From a virus (Duplodnaviria; Caudoviricetes), in IMG/VR virus record IMGVR_UViG_3300047539_000162, positions 2,764-66,763 of that record: 64,000 nt of DNA. One strand, given 5' to 3'. A program made the translations under genes and the position numbers. Below the pieces are notes generated by a model. That model saw only the letters and a list, made by a program, of their open reading frames with translations. It ran no database searches and was not told the DNA's origin. This document shows, piece by piece, positions 19,421 through 28,709 of the stretch (positions are counted from its first letter, which is position 1; every line of letters starts with the position of its first letter).

Positions 19421-19933
19421 TTAGCCATTATTCTTCTGTCGTTCTTCTTCGTAGAGGACGTGCCAGATACTCTCGGAAATGGGTATCCCCCACACATTGC
19501 CTTCAAGTTCTTCGTAACCAAGCTGTATCAATTCTTCATCGGTCCGGGGGTACCCACGTTTTTCAGCAGCCGCTTCGGCGGTGTCAACAGCGGCCAACAA
19601 ACTCTTGGCGGCAGCAATCTGCTCAGCGGCAAGCTTCTGGTCGGAAGAGAGTTCTTGCTTAACAAGATTCAAAGCGGCGAGAACCGTCTTGGAGGCAATT
19701 TTCACATTGGAAGACACCTTGGGGCGTTCTTCGAAGAGAGAGTCAATCTGCTTCAGTTCTTCAGCAGTCAGAGGGCGACCAAGGGCGGCTTCGGTGGCTT
19801 CGGCGATTCTCTGTTCGGCGGTGATTAAACTCTTGGCAGCACGTACCTGCTCAGCGGCGAGTTTCGGCTCGGTGGAGAGTTCACGCTTGGCGAGTTTCTT
19901 GGCGGCGAGTATCTGTTTAGCAGGGACATCCAT
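19421..19933 (-). CDS. Helical protein with an internal duplication
   Basis: K.ELS...KLAAEQ..AAKSL..A occurs twice. Confidence 0.65.
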   Translation of the reverse strand: MDVPAKQILAAKKLAKRELSTEPKLAAEQVRAAKSLITAEQRIAEATEAALGRPLTAEELKQIDSLFEERPKVSSNVKIASKTVLAALNLVKQELSSDQKLAAEQIAAAKSLLAAVDTAEAAAEKRGYPRTDEELIQLGYEELEGNVWGIPISESIWHVLYEEERQKNNG

Positions 19934-20136
19934 GTTGTCACCCCAGTTCGGTGGACGCACTAGAGTATACCGGCGAGGTCTCAAATTTAGCTACTTTTCT
20001 TCGCGAATTTGCTCGTGTTTTGGTCGGCCTATGAAACGCAGTTAACCCGTAGTGAACATCATCGACGTGCGAAAGGTTTAGAGTTTTTTACGCGGATACA
20101 TAATTGCATTTTCCCAGAAGGTGTCCGTTTCTGGGA

Positions 20137-20343
20137 CTATCGCACCTCGCGTTCCGCGCCCTGAATAAGCAGCTTTAGCAAGTCCACCTCTGCTTTTCTA
20201 ATCTGGGCGGTTATCTTCCACTGTTCCGACTCGGTTTTATGCAATTGCTCTCCAAGCCGTGTCCAGCGTTTCTCATGCTCTTCCGCCTGCTCCAACTCCT
20301 CATTCAGTGCGGAAATCCAAGCTGTTTTCGTTGAATCGACCAT
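20137..20343 (-). CDS. Small coiled-coil protein
   Basis: 68 aa helical ORF with an RBS. Confidence 0.5.
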   Translation of the reverse strand: MVDSTKTAWISALNEELEQAEEHEKRWTRLGEQLHKTESEQWKITAQIRKAEVDLLKLLIQGAEREVR

Positions 20344-20467
20344 GAGTCATAGTCCTTTCGATGAGTGTGGGTAACCCCTTCAATCGGCTTGTACGGAAGC
20401 TTGTATTCCGTTGCCATCTTCCGCCACGTGCTGGGTGTGAATTTTGGTCTGCTACGACGACGCTCGG

Positions 20468-20704
20468 CTACTCCTTCAGCTTGAGCTTGCTCTTGTTCTC
20501 TTCGAGAAAATCGCGCAAATCCTGCGCTCTATCCAAGAGTTTTATCCACTGCTCGAAATAAAGCGTGACCGGGAAACGGCCAAGTCCGTATACGGAAACT
20601 CCGCCTTTGTCGCTCACCTTAAAGCTCATGCTTCCGCTGCGTGCTTCCTTGGCCTTGAGTGCTTCGAGTTGTGCCTTCAGTTCTTCGTAGGTTGGTTCGG
20701 GCAT
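20468..20704 (-). CDS. Conserved hypothetical protein (KVS.KG.VSVYGLGRFPVTLY family)
   Basis: Recalled widespread family motif; GAGG RBS. Confidence 0.8.
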   Translation of the reverse strand: MPEPTYEELKAQLEALKAKEARSGSMSFKVSDKGGVSVYGLGRFPVTLYFEQWIKLLDRAQDLRDFLEENKSKLKLKE

Positions 20705-20903
20705 CAGGTTCTTCCTCTCTCAATATTGTATTGTGGCATCGCGTCGGGGACGGAGGCTGCGTCGATGGGCGCACGCGGGAGGCAAGGGGCAGGAAGAGGC
20801 GTAAACGGCATGGCTGAAGCAGTTCGAAGCTCTACAGTTCCGCCGCCGCGCTTGGCTGCAATCTTTCCTGTTGTGGGTGTACGCTATTCTGTGAGGTGAC
20901 ACG

Positions 20904-21179
20904 GTGCAGAAGTACATCATTTTCCTAGACATCATGAAATCTCCATCTCAGGCCAACGCTGCTCCTACCTACCAAATTGCACTCCGTCCATTTAGTCGGG
21001 GTGGGGGCGGTGGAGCAATGGGAACCAAGCAATATCTAACCGACAAAGCGGCGTTCATCGCCGACCTTCAGCAAAGACTTGGGTACACTGACGCCGCAAT
21101 AGAGCGGTTCTTTGCCGGACCGGAGAGGACTCGCCGGATTGGTATCCTGCGCTTTACAACAACCTTCGGGCAAAAATAG
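20904..21179 (+). CDS. Hypothetical protein
   Basis: 91 aa ORF, GAGG RBS. Confidence 0.45.
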   Translation: MQKYIIFLDIMKSPSQANAAPTYQIALRPFSRGGGGGAMGTKQYLTDKAAFIADLQQRLGYTDAAIERFFAGPERTRRIGILRFTTTFGQK

Positions 21180-21478
21180 CCAAAGACCATCCTGATTGGT
21201 TCGCAGAAGAAACATAACCTCCATCCAGACCTCTACGCGAACGAAACTTGGCAATGACGTTCTGTTCTTGCTGCGCTGGTAACTGCAAACCATAGGCGGT
21301 CAGCTTCAAACGGCCTTGTTTGGCAACGCTGACGCTGGCCAAGAAACCACTACTGAATGCCCGGTAAACCGCTCGTAAGGTGCTCGCATGACGCGCTGGG
21401 AGACAGTCGAAGGGCAAAATACACCTGCCGACAGTGCCGGAGTCTCACCAGCGGGACGGGAGAGAGATTGGCGGAGTT

Positions 21479-21724
21479 TCAGAGCATTGCGAGTAATGCG
21501 ATAAAGGCAATCACAAAACACAGCGATCCCCATCGGGGATGCTTCGCTATGAATAGGCCGATACCAGCAAGCGTAAACACTGTGAAGACGATCATGATTA
21601 GTCCGTTGGGTAGTGTCCAGAGTTTTTCGCACTTTCGTTCTTCGTCAGCATGTTGGAAGGTTGTTGGGTTTCGGTTGTTTTGCTCCTGGCCCCCATGGGG
21701 GCCAGGAGCAAAGCGGTCATCCAA
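21479..21724 (-). CDS. Small two-TM protein
   Basis: Two hydrophobic helices; the 5' extent overlaps the next gene and is uncertain. Confidence 0.45.
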   Translation of the reverse strand: MDDRFAPGPHGGQEQNNRNPTTFQHADEERKCEKLWTLPNGLIMIVFTVFTLAGIGLFIAKHPRWGSLCFVIAFIALLAML

Positions 21725-22147
21725 GCCAAGTCAGACGACGGAATTTATATCGAACTCGGTGATGGAACTAAGTGGCTAGTCGTAAAATCCGACGCACCGA
21801 CAGTTCGCGGATGGGTACTCGGCGAGGACGTGGTAAAAATCGGTAAATCGAAAGACTGCGTTGGGACGAAGTTTGTCAACAATGACGAACATGGCGAGGC
21901 GGTGTGTGTTCGCGACGTGAGTGCCGACACCGTGCCCATTACAGCTATATCGGAAGACCATGAGTATCTGGCACTACATGATGGATCAAAGTGGCTGCTG
22001 CCCTCCTATGCTGACCAGAACACAGCATTCACTTGGCACGTGGGCGATCATGTTTTGTATATTCAGGACTCAAAGACTTGCACGAATGTCGAGATCATAA
22101 ACGTAGACGAATATGGAGACGAGGTGTGCGCTCACTCCGTCAGTTAG
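21650..22147 (+). CDS. Secreted protein with two tandem beta domains
   Basis: Signal-like N-terminus; S.D..Y..L.DG.KWL...W..G..V...C...N.DE.G..VC occurs twice. Confidence 0.7.
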   Translation: MLEGCWVSVVLLLAPMGARSKAVIQAKSDDGIYIELGDGTKWLVVKSDAPTVRGWVLGEDVVKIGKSKDCVGTKFVNNDEHGEAVCVRDVSADTVPITAISEDHEYLALHDGSKWLLPSYADQNTAFTWHVGDHVLYIQDSKTCTNVEIINVDEYGDEVCAHSVS

Positions 22148-22188
22148 ATGAGTGTAGAATATGCGCTGTTCGAACATAGAAGCACAAT

Positions 22189-22757
22189 TCACCCCTCACC
22201 CCTCGTCGTTCTCTGCCAGTCAATCCGCCAGCGCCCACCCGACATCGGCACCCAAAACAGGCGCTTCGGCGGAGTGCCCCGCGCATGATGGTAAAGTACA
22301 GCGGCTCTTTCGTAAAACCCGCGAGTGTGCCACGAGTCCTTAAAGCCGAACTTCTGATAATCGAGATGATGGCAAAACTCGTGGCAAAGGGTGCTCAGGA
22401 ACGTACCGAAAGAGGTGATCTCTTTTCGCACCGCCGTTCGCATCCACACGCGCATCACGATGGTTTCGGGAGTGTAGTCTCCGAACAGTTCGGTCGTCCA
22501 CTGTTCGCGAGTTCGCAGCGGTCGAGCGGCGAGTATCCTGACGCTGCACTCTGGAACTCCGTAGAACTGGGATGCGGCTTTCAAAACTTCGCACAGGATT
22601 GGCGGACACTTGTAGTCTCCTCAGCCTTCATGGCCGACTCGATTGACTTTGTGATTTCAGGCAAGCACTCGTCGTCAGGCAGGTCGAGCGTGTTAATCCG
22701 ATCACTATCGCGGAAGCCAGCCAGATTCGAGTTGCGTGGGGGGCAGTCGGTGAACAT
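22189..22757 (-). CDS. SprT-like zinc metalloprotease-domain protein, frameshifted at 22583-22586
   Basis: HExxH (CHEFCHH). One extra T in the T4 run joins ORF 22581-22898 (...CAKF) to LKAASQFY. Confidence 0.7.
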
Positions 22758-23005
22758 GGGTGCCGGAGTTATCTTTTGATCGTGAAACACCATCATTTTA
22801 CGTCTGATGCGTGACCATGCGGGAACAGAGATTGCGTCGGCGTATACTGGCGCGGAGCCGGAGAAGATGGAATCATGCGCTGCTGGGCGACCCCGCATTC
22901 AGGCCGTCCACGGAACAACTGGTCTGGCACAACGAGAACAGATACGTGCCGTGACGTGGGAACGGCAAAGTTCGCCGCGATTTAGCCGATTGGAGTGAAG
23001 GTGCT

Positions 23006-23872
23006 GTGGATTGGAAAGTATATGAGCGTGAGATTGCGGAGCATTTCCGGGCTGAGTATCCGTCTGCTTCAATCAAAGCGAACGTCAGGCTGACTGGAAA
23101 GCTTTCCGGGGTATCACGCCAGATTGACCTTCTCATTGATGTCCTTGCCTGTGATATGGCAATTCGAATCGTTGTCGATGCAAAGTGGAGAAACCATAAG
23201 CTCGACGTTAAAGAAGTCGAGGAGTTTCTCGGCTTGGCAAGAGATGTGTCAGCACACAAGGCAGTAATGATTGCACAAGAAGGCTATACCGCTGCGGCTC
23301 TATCGCGTGCCCGACGAGATGACGCCGACCTGCTTTTAGATGTTCTGAATTTCAAGGAATTGAAAGAGTATCAAAACTTAGGAGCCATTCCTTACTCGGG
23401 TACGAACGGAGCAGTTATTCAGCCCCCGCTGGGTTGGGTTGCTGATGGAACGCAAGGACGGGGTGCATTGGCTTGGATGTATGAGCGCGGTTTGACTCTA
23501 GATGAAGCATTCACACGAATGGAATACATGTACGTGAACTTTTGGACGCTGAAGGATGAAGCGTCCGATATTGTTGCGCTATCTCGCTTTCAAGAAGGGT
23601 ACCTTAGAGCCGGACCGAAAGAGGTTGATGCCATTGAAATGTTGCCTTCCCCTTTGAGGGATGATGCTGAAACTGCTATAAGAAAAGTCACGTTCAAAGC
23701 ACATCCGGAATTGGCCGAGTTCACAGGGTTTGTGAAGTTCGACAGTTTCATTTTCTTGTGCGTACTCTTTACCTCGGTCGCACTGGAGGAACGAAATCTC
23801 GCCAAGTTGCGTTTTGTTATGAGAAAGGTCTTCTCGATGCAAGTTCGGCAAAAGGCAACCGCGGAGTCCTGA
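23006..23872 (+). CDS. Mrr-like (PD-(D/E)xK) restriction endonuclease with an unknown C-terminal domain
   Basis: W..YE..IA..F, RQIDLLI, VVDAKWRNHKLDVKEVEEF, AVMIAQEGYT.AA. Confidence 0.85.
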   Translation: MDWKVYEREIAEHFRAEYPSASIKANVRLTGKLSGVSRQIDLLIDVLACDMAIRIVVDAKWRNHKLDVKEVEEFLGLARDVSAHKAVMIAQEGYTAAALSRARRDDADLLLDVLNFKELKEYQNLGAIPYSGTNGAVIQPPLGWVADGTQGRGALAWMYERGLTLDEAFTRMEYMYVNFWTLKDEASDIVALSRFQEGYLRAGPKEVDAIEMLPSPLRDDAETAIRKVTFKAHPELAEFTGFVKFDSFIFLCVLFTSVALEERNLAKLRFVMRKVFSMQVRQKATAES

Positions 23873-23920
23873 ACGGAGGCCGAACTCAATCGCACATCCG
23901 CACAATAAGGAAACTCGGTC

Positions 23921-24520
23921 ATGAACCCATTCTTCAATTGGCTCAAAGACTCCGGAACTCAGGCCATGCTCATCCTTGTGGGCACCATTGTTGGCATCGC
24001 CAGCATGACTTTCGCTGGCCTCGCCGCATGGTTTGCGTGGAAGGCTCCGACGAAGAAAGACCTCGCACGAGTCGAACAAAACACTGCTGACACATCAGTA
24101 CATTTAGAGAATGTCCATAGAAGCCTGAAAGCACAAGAACTGCGGGATGCTCTCAATGCAAGAGCACAGCGCGTTTCAATGACAGCCAGTGGTAGCACGT
24201 ATGTTAGTGACCCAATGGAAGTGACAATCACTCTCAAGGAGCCCGACATTGCTCCGACGCAGATTGAACTGTACAACGAAGTTGGGAATTTGTTTGGGTC
24301 TTCCATCTGCAATGAGATTCAAAATATGCGCTGGGCGTCAACGATTCAGTCACTTCAATTCCAGAGATGGTACGGGAGCGGAACGGTAGTAGACAATATC
24401 AATCGTAAACGAGTAAAGCTGCGGGTATACATGCTTATCGAGGAGCAAGAGGTATACCGGGACTTCTCGGTTCAAATAATGTTTGTATCACCATCATTCA
24501 CGCTCGATGGCAGTTGTTAA
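23921..24520 (+). CDS. Membrane-anchored protein (N-terminal TM, coiled coil, beta domain)
   Basis: Hydrophobic aa about 15-40, then a soluble region. Confidence 0.75.
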   Translation: MNPFFNWLKDSGTQAMLILVGTIVGIASMTFAGLAAWFAWKAPTKKDLARVEQNTADTSVHLENVHRSLKAQELRDALNARAQRVSMTASGSTYVSDPMEVTITLKEPDIAPTQIELYNEVGNLFGSSICNEIQNMRWASTIQSLQFQRWYGSGTVVDNINRKRVKLRVYMLIEEQEVYRDFSVQIMFVSPSFTLDGSC

Positions 24521-24704
24521 AAGTCGAAAATCCGCCTTCCACCGCTCCAATCGCCCAGCTTGGTCTCTCCGGTTGGCTTCGCTGGGCGACGGCAGTAGGC
24601 ACGTTCGGTATCGGTATTGTTCGGTAACGATCTGTCCAACGTATATTCTCGTGATTCATCCCGAGAGGCAATTGCCGGGTCGCAGAATCGAAGGGAGCGT
24701 GTAA

Positions 24705-25433
24705 ATGCTCGTTGAGCGAGTTGAGCAGAATCCCATACATGTTGAAACTCGATACGTCGCATTTTGCGACATCTTAGGGTTTTCGAGTCGCATCCTCAGC
24801 GATTTTGATAAAACACTTGAGGTCTACAGCGAGTTCGGGCGGAGCATCTACAACCTGCCTCCACTTGGTGTTCAGGTAACCATGTACTCCGACGCCATTC
24901 TGGTTGTATCAGAGACGCTTGATAAGGCACTTGTTGCTATTCAGGCACTATGCTTCGTTGCGCTCTCTCGACGTTTCATGGTCCGAGGCGCTTTGACCAG
25001 AGGCAAGTATTGGGAGCAGAGGATTGGTAATCACTTTCTCGTTGCAAGCGATGCGCTTGTTCAGGCTGTTCAGTTGGAGAAGACCATCGGAATTCCCGCC
25101 GTAGTAGTCGCAGACGACGTCGAGATTCCCGATGGTTATTGGTTGAGTAGATTTGAACAAGGTCGCTTCGTAACGCCGCTCTTGCATTTCGACGCGAGAA
25201 ACATCGTCAATCCCTTCGGAAAATACTGGTTCAAATCTGCTCAGATTCGAGCCAATGAACTGATGGCGGAGAGTCCAGCACATGCGGACAAGTACAGATG
25301 GTTTTTGTCGCTCTATGACGCAGTTGAACAAAATTACCCATTAATCCCTCAAGATGTGCTGCAACGTTTCATTGACGCCGGAATATTGAGACCGAATGGC
25401 GAACGTTCGCAGGACCGGCTTGAACCCGGTTAG
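24705..25433 (+). CDS. Class III nucleotide cyclase-like protein
   Basis: YVAFCDILGF, YSDAI, MVRGALTRG, ALVQAVQLEK match the adenylate/guanylate cyclase fold pattern. Confidence 0.8.
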   Translation: MLVERVEQNPIHVETRYVAFCDILGFSSRILSDFDKTLEVYSEFGRSIYNLPPLGVQVTMYSDAILVVSETLDKALVAIQALCFVALSRRFMVRGALTRGKYWEQRIGNHFLVASDALVQAVQLEKTIGIPAVVVADDVEIPDGYWLSRFEQGRFVTPLLHFDARNIVNPFGKYWFKSAQIRANELMAESPAHADKYRWFLSLYDAVEQNYPLIPQDVLQRFIDAGILRPNGERSQDRLEPG

Positions 25434-25500
25434 GCGCGGTATGAGATGCCATAACCGGCTGGTCAATAGACCCTCAGCGGCATTCCGTACCTCCTGAGCA

Positions 25501-25570
25501 CCCATCCGCCCAACCCCGGTCGCCCGGACGCTGTAGGGGGCTCTGCGGAGGGAAGGCGGGAGGGGCAGAT
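25501..25570. repeat. GC-rich about 70-bp hairpin repeat, copy 1
   Basis: gcccggacgctgtagggggctctgcggagggaaggcgggaggggca is near-identical to 25964-26009. Confidence 0.75.
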
Positions 25571-25679
25571 TCTCGAAAACAAGGGCGGAAAACGGACTCC
25601 CTCAATCGAAGGCCGACTGGACAGTCGTCGTCCAGCTTGGAATTGGTGCAGCTTATGATGACCAAAATCCTGATGGCCG

Positions 25680-25964
25680 TTGTCATGGACGCCTGAAGAA
25701 TCTGAAGTAGAAAGCTACGAACACCAAGACAATGCCTATATTCGCCGCCAGCCGTTCCCAGATTCGGTTTCTGAAGAACGCGAAATCTACTCCGACGATG
25801 ACGGCTACCATCGCCACAGCGTAAAGCACGACCGCTACCTGTCTGCTCATTTTAAAATTCCTCGCTTAAACGGGACTTTCCGTTCCGCCTCTCGGCTGCG
25901 ACTCAATGTACCATCCGCCCCCTTCGCTGCACTTCTTCGACGCCCCTCCGCCCCCCGCCGATAG
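25680..25964 (+). CDS. Acidic hypothetical protein between the repeats
   Basis: The first about 60 aa look protein-like; the 3' end runs into repeat copy 2. Confidence 0.35.
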   Translation: MSWTPEESEVESYEHQDNAYIRRQPFPDSVSEEREIYSDDDGYHRHSVKHDRYLSAHFKIPRLNGTFRSASRLRLNVPSAPFAALLRRPSAPRR

Positions 25965-26012
25965 CCCGGAGGCTGTACTGGGCGCTGCGGAGGGAGGGCG
26001 GGAGGGGCAAAA
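25943..26012. repeat. GC-rich about 70-bp hairpin repeat, copy 2
   Basis: The left arm cccctccgccc pairs with gggcgggagggg; direct repeat of 25501-25570. Confidence 0.75.
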
Positions 26013-26045
26013 TTCGGGTTTCCAAATTCGAGCAATCTGCCCTGC

Positions 26046-26453
26046 TCACGAACGGCTTGTCGACGCAAATCCACCGTAGGTGAGGTAGGCACCGAGCGCG
26101 AGACAGATTGCCATGTACAAGTAGAAAAGCTGGCTGTAGTGAAGTGTCCCCAAGTAAAACCCCGCTGCATCGCTTGAAAACAGAATCAAAAACATGAGAC
26201 CTTTGGCCAAGGTCAACCAGCCGAGGATGGTTACGACAACCGGCAGCACGCCGCCCGACCAGATGTTGTGCGCCAGAACCATGGCCAGCCCGGCAATCAG
26301 CGTGAGCAAACCAAGCACAAACATCATCAATGGGTCGCGGAGAAGCCCTGTGACCATCTCCACGAAGGCTTGTTTGTGAAGCATCATGGGCAGTGCGATG
26401 AGAATGCAGGAGAGCCCGAACAACTTGCTCAGGAAAATCGTACGCGGCGACAT
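26046..26453 (-). CDS. Conserved four-TM membrane protein
   Basis: MSPRTIFLSKLFGL...LAHNIWSGG.LPVVVTILGW; GGAG RBS. Confidence 0.8.
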   Translation of the reverse strand: MSPRTIFLSKLFGLSCILIALPMMLHKQAFVEMVTGLLRDPLMMFVLGLLTLIAGLAMVLAHNIWSGGVLPVVVTILGWLTLAKGLMFLILFSSDAAGFYLGTLHYSQLFYLYMAICLALGAYLTYGGFASTSRS

Positions 26454-26583
26454 AAAGTCCTCCAATCGAATCAGGAGTCTGTCTGCCAGACACTGTGACC
26501 CCCATACGCAACAGGCCGCATGGACCGGCCCCATGCGCCCATTTATACACCCCCAGAAAATATTTGTGGTGAAGTTGCGGAGT

Positions 26584-27456
26584 TTACAACGGTTCACTTG
26601 CGCCGTATGAATCTGGAGCGGCCTCTCGGACTTGAACCGAGCCTTCGACAGGGGTACTGTCGCTGCTCCCGGTGGGCTTGGCCGCATTGATAATGATTTT
26701 GCGTGCTTTGAAGAATGCCTCCTTCAGTTCCTGAGGGGCATCATAAAACTCCAGCTTGTATTTCCACACCCGGTTGTCGCGATCCTCACGAAGCTCCGGA
26801 AGGTGGTAGAACACTGCATCCTCAAGCGCACGCACATAGCGGATAATGTGAGCAGCGTATGGGGTCAGAACCGTGTCAATAAATCCTGATACTGGATCAA
26901 CGTCCAGCGGCTCCGTTGGCGTGTAGGCAACCGCGTCCCACGCGGTCAGAAATTGCTTCACCGGCTTACCGGCCTTGATAGCTTCGATAGCCCCCTTAGC
27001 CGCGTCCAGCGCCTTGGCAGCTTGCCGCTGCTGCCTGAGTGTCCAGCGTGCCGTTGACTTGGCCGCTGGCCGTGGAACGGATGACTTTGAAGCGGTGACT
27101 TTGCCCCGGTACTCTTTCAGTTTCCGTTGAATCTGGCGCACGCCAAGATCGAACTCTTTGCCGAGTTCTTCGAGATAAACCAGCCACGGTGGCAGACCCG
27201 CTAGGCCCGGTATTTTGTTTTTGCCTTTCCGCGATAGGATCGGTTCCAGCGTGTCCAAGAAGGGCAGCATCCGGTCGAAGCCATTAGCAACGTCGGCGGC
27301 ACATCTCCGGATCACGGTATCGAGCCGGTGGAAATTCTCCTGCGCTTCCCTCACTTTCGCTGCCTCTTTATCCGCCGCACGGATTGGCACGACCGTTCCC
27401 GAACGCGTCACAATGTCGCGTTCGATCTGTGCCGGGATTTGTTCAATCGTTGCCAT
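26584..27456 (-). CDS. Hypothetical island protein (HTH-like LGVRQIQRKL segment)
   Basis: 290 aa, GGAG RBS; function not recognised. Confidence 0.7.
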   Translation of the reverse strand: MATIEQIPAQIERDIVTRSGTVVPIRAADKEAAKVREAQENFHRLDTVIRRCAADVANGFDRMLPFLDTLEPILSRKGKNKIPGLAGLPPWLVYLEELGKEFDLGVRQIQRKLKEYRGKVTASKSSVPRPAAKSTARWTLRQQRQAAKALDAAKGAIEAIKAGKPVKQFLTAWDAVAYTPTEPLDVDPVSGFIDTVLTPYAAHIIRYVRALEDAVFYHLPELREDRDNRVWKYKLEFYDAPQELKEAFFKARKIIINAAKPTGSSDSTPVEGSVQVREAAPDSYGASEPL

Positions 27457-27471
27457 CCAACTCCGCGATCT

Positions 27472-27657
27472 TCATTTTTTCTTTCCTGCTAAGAGGTGGA
27501 TACCACGCTGCTGCATTGATGTGTGCGCTACAGCAGCCTTTATGCGATCCGTTTCCTTTCCTCGTTCAGCAGTCATTTCCAAGAAAGTTCGGATTTGGTT
27601 ATCGTATGGGACTTTCTTCAATTGAGCCAAAATGCGATCCGATTCGTTGTCCATCAA
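27472..27657 (-). CDS. Small hypothetical protein
   Basis: 61 aa, AGGAG RBS, apparently co-transcribed with 26584-27456. Confidence 0.55.
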   Translation of the reverse strand: MMDNESDRILAQLKKVPYDNQIRTFLEMTAERGKETDRIKAAVAHTSMQQRGIHLLAGKKK

Positions 27658-28002
27658 TGTCTCTCCTCATGAAGTGTCGGTTCATGCATTGATTTCACTC
27701 TATCGTGATTTCGAAATCGGTATTACCCAGCAACCTGTTAACAACTATTTATCTAAATTCGCGTTGAAACTACGTCTACTTCCGTACACGTCAGCGGCTC
27801 AGCGACTGACTTATGTTTGCGTGTACTTGTAGTTATGGAGTAGTTGACAATAGCGGGCTCACCTATCTGTGGATAAACTCCGCAAAAATAATAATCGCTT
27901 GACTTTTGACAACATTTCTAACCGGGATTAGTGAACCCGCCACACTACGAGGGATCAATCCGCGATGCAAACGGTTGTCGCCATCTCTATCGCGGCTGCT
28001 AC

Positions 28003-28130
28003 CTAGAGCGTGTTTCATAAATCGGTTCGGCCTCAAGTCAGTGACTTACGTTTGAGTCGTGTGAAGTGTTGAGCTTCTGCCATGAAGAAGCGTCAGAAGC
28101 TGTTGAGCGACCAGCAGTGGGAGTTGATCC
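28003..28130 (+). mobile_element. IS5-family left-end remnant
   Basis: ctagagcgtgtttcataa end, then ATG at 28082 encoding MKKRQKLLSDQQWELI (IS5 transposase N-terminus), then truncated. Confidence 0.65.
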
Positions 28131-28455
28131 TGGCGGCACAAACGGGAACGCAAGTAGCCATCTTCGCTTACAGGTCTTTCTTATGAAGCACGGCGGTGTG
28201 GCACGCCTTACTCTACCCCGCCAGAAGTACAGTAAGAGGCAACTACACTATGCAAGCCCGCCCAATGACCAAGGATGACGTACGGCTTTCGGCTGGTCGA
28301 AGAGACGACGGAAAAGGCAAAGGCTTCTCCTGCCTTGCAGCCATATCTGGCCGAGACAGCGGCTGAGAGACCGCCGTCCTCACCGACAAACCGAGTATTA
28401 GTATGCATTGGTTCTCGATTGTGTAAGTAAGTCGAGATAACTATAGGAGACAGGA

Positions 28456-28653
28456 ATGACTAGAGTACAATAACTTCGCTCGATGCGGTCGCTGCTGAGT
28501 GTGCGGCAGGTCGCTGACATTATCGGCGGTTGCATCGCCACCGTACGTCGCTACGCAGCCAGCGGCAAGCTGGCCTCAATTCGCATCGGCAACCGGCTCC
28601 GGTTCGACCCATCCGTGGTCGCAGCCTTTCTTGAAAGCCGGTCTTCAGAGTAG
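28456..28653 (+). pseudogene. xis: Excisionase/AlpA-like HTH with an in-frame TAA at codon 6 (or a 56-aa CDS from ATG 28483)
   Basis: MTRVQ*LRSMRSLLSVRQVADIIG...RIGNRLRFDP aligns with the Xis at 31467. Confidence 0.75.
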
Positions 28654-28709
28654 CAAACCATAAAAATTGGCCGGAGGTTCTCGCCTCCGGCCCGTGTAAA
28701 CGAACTACA

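Noticed and set aside
24517-24762. Minus-strand ORF or ncRNA between the TM gene and the cyclase
   Set aside because: No motif, RBS or convincing structure; treated as intergenic.
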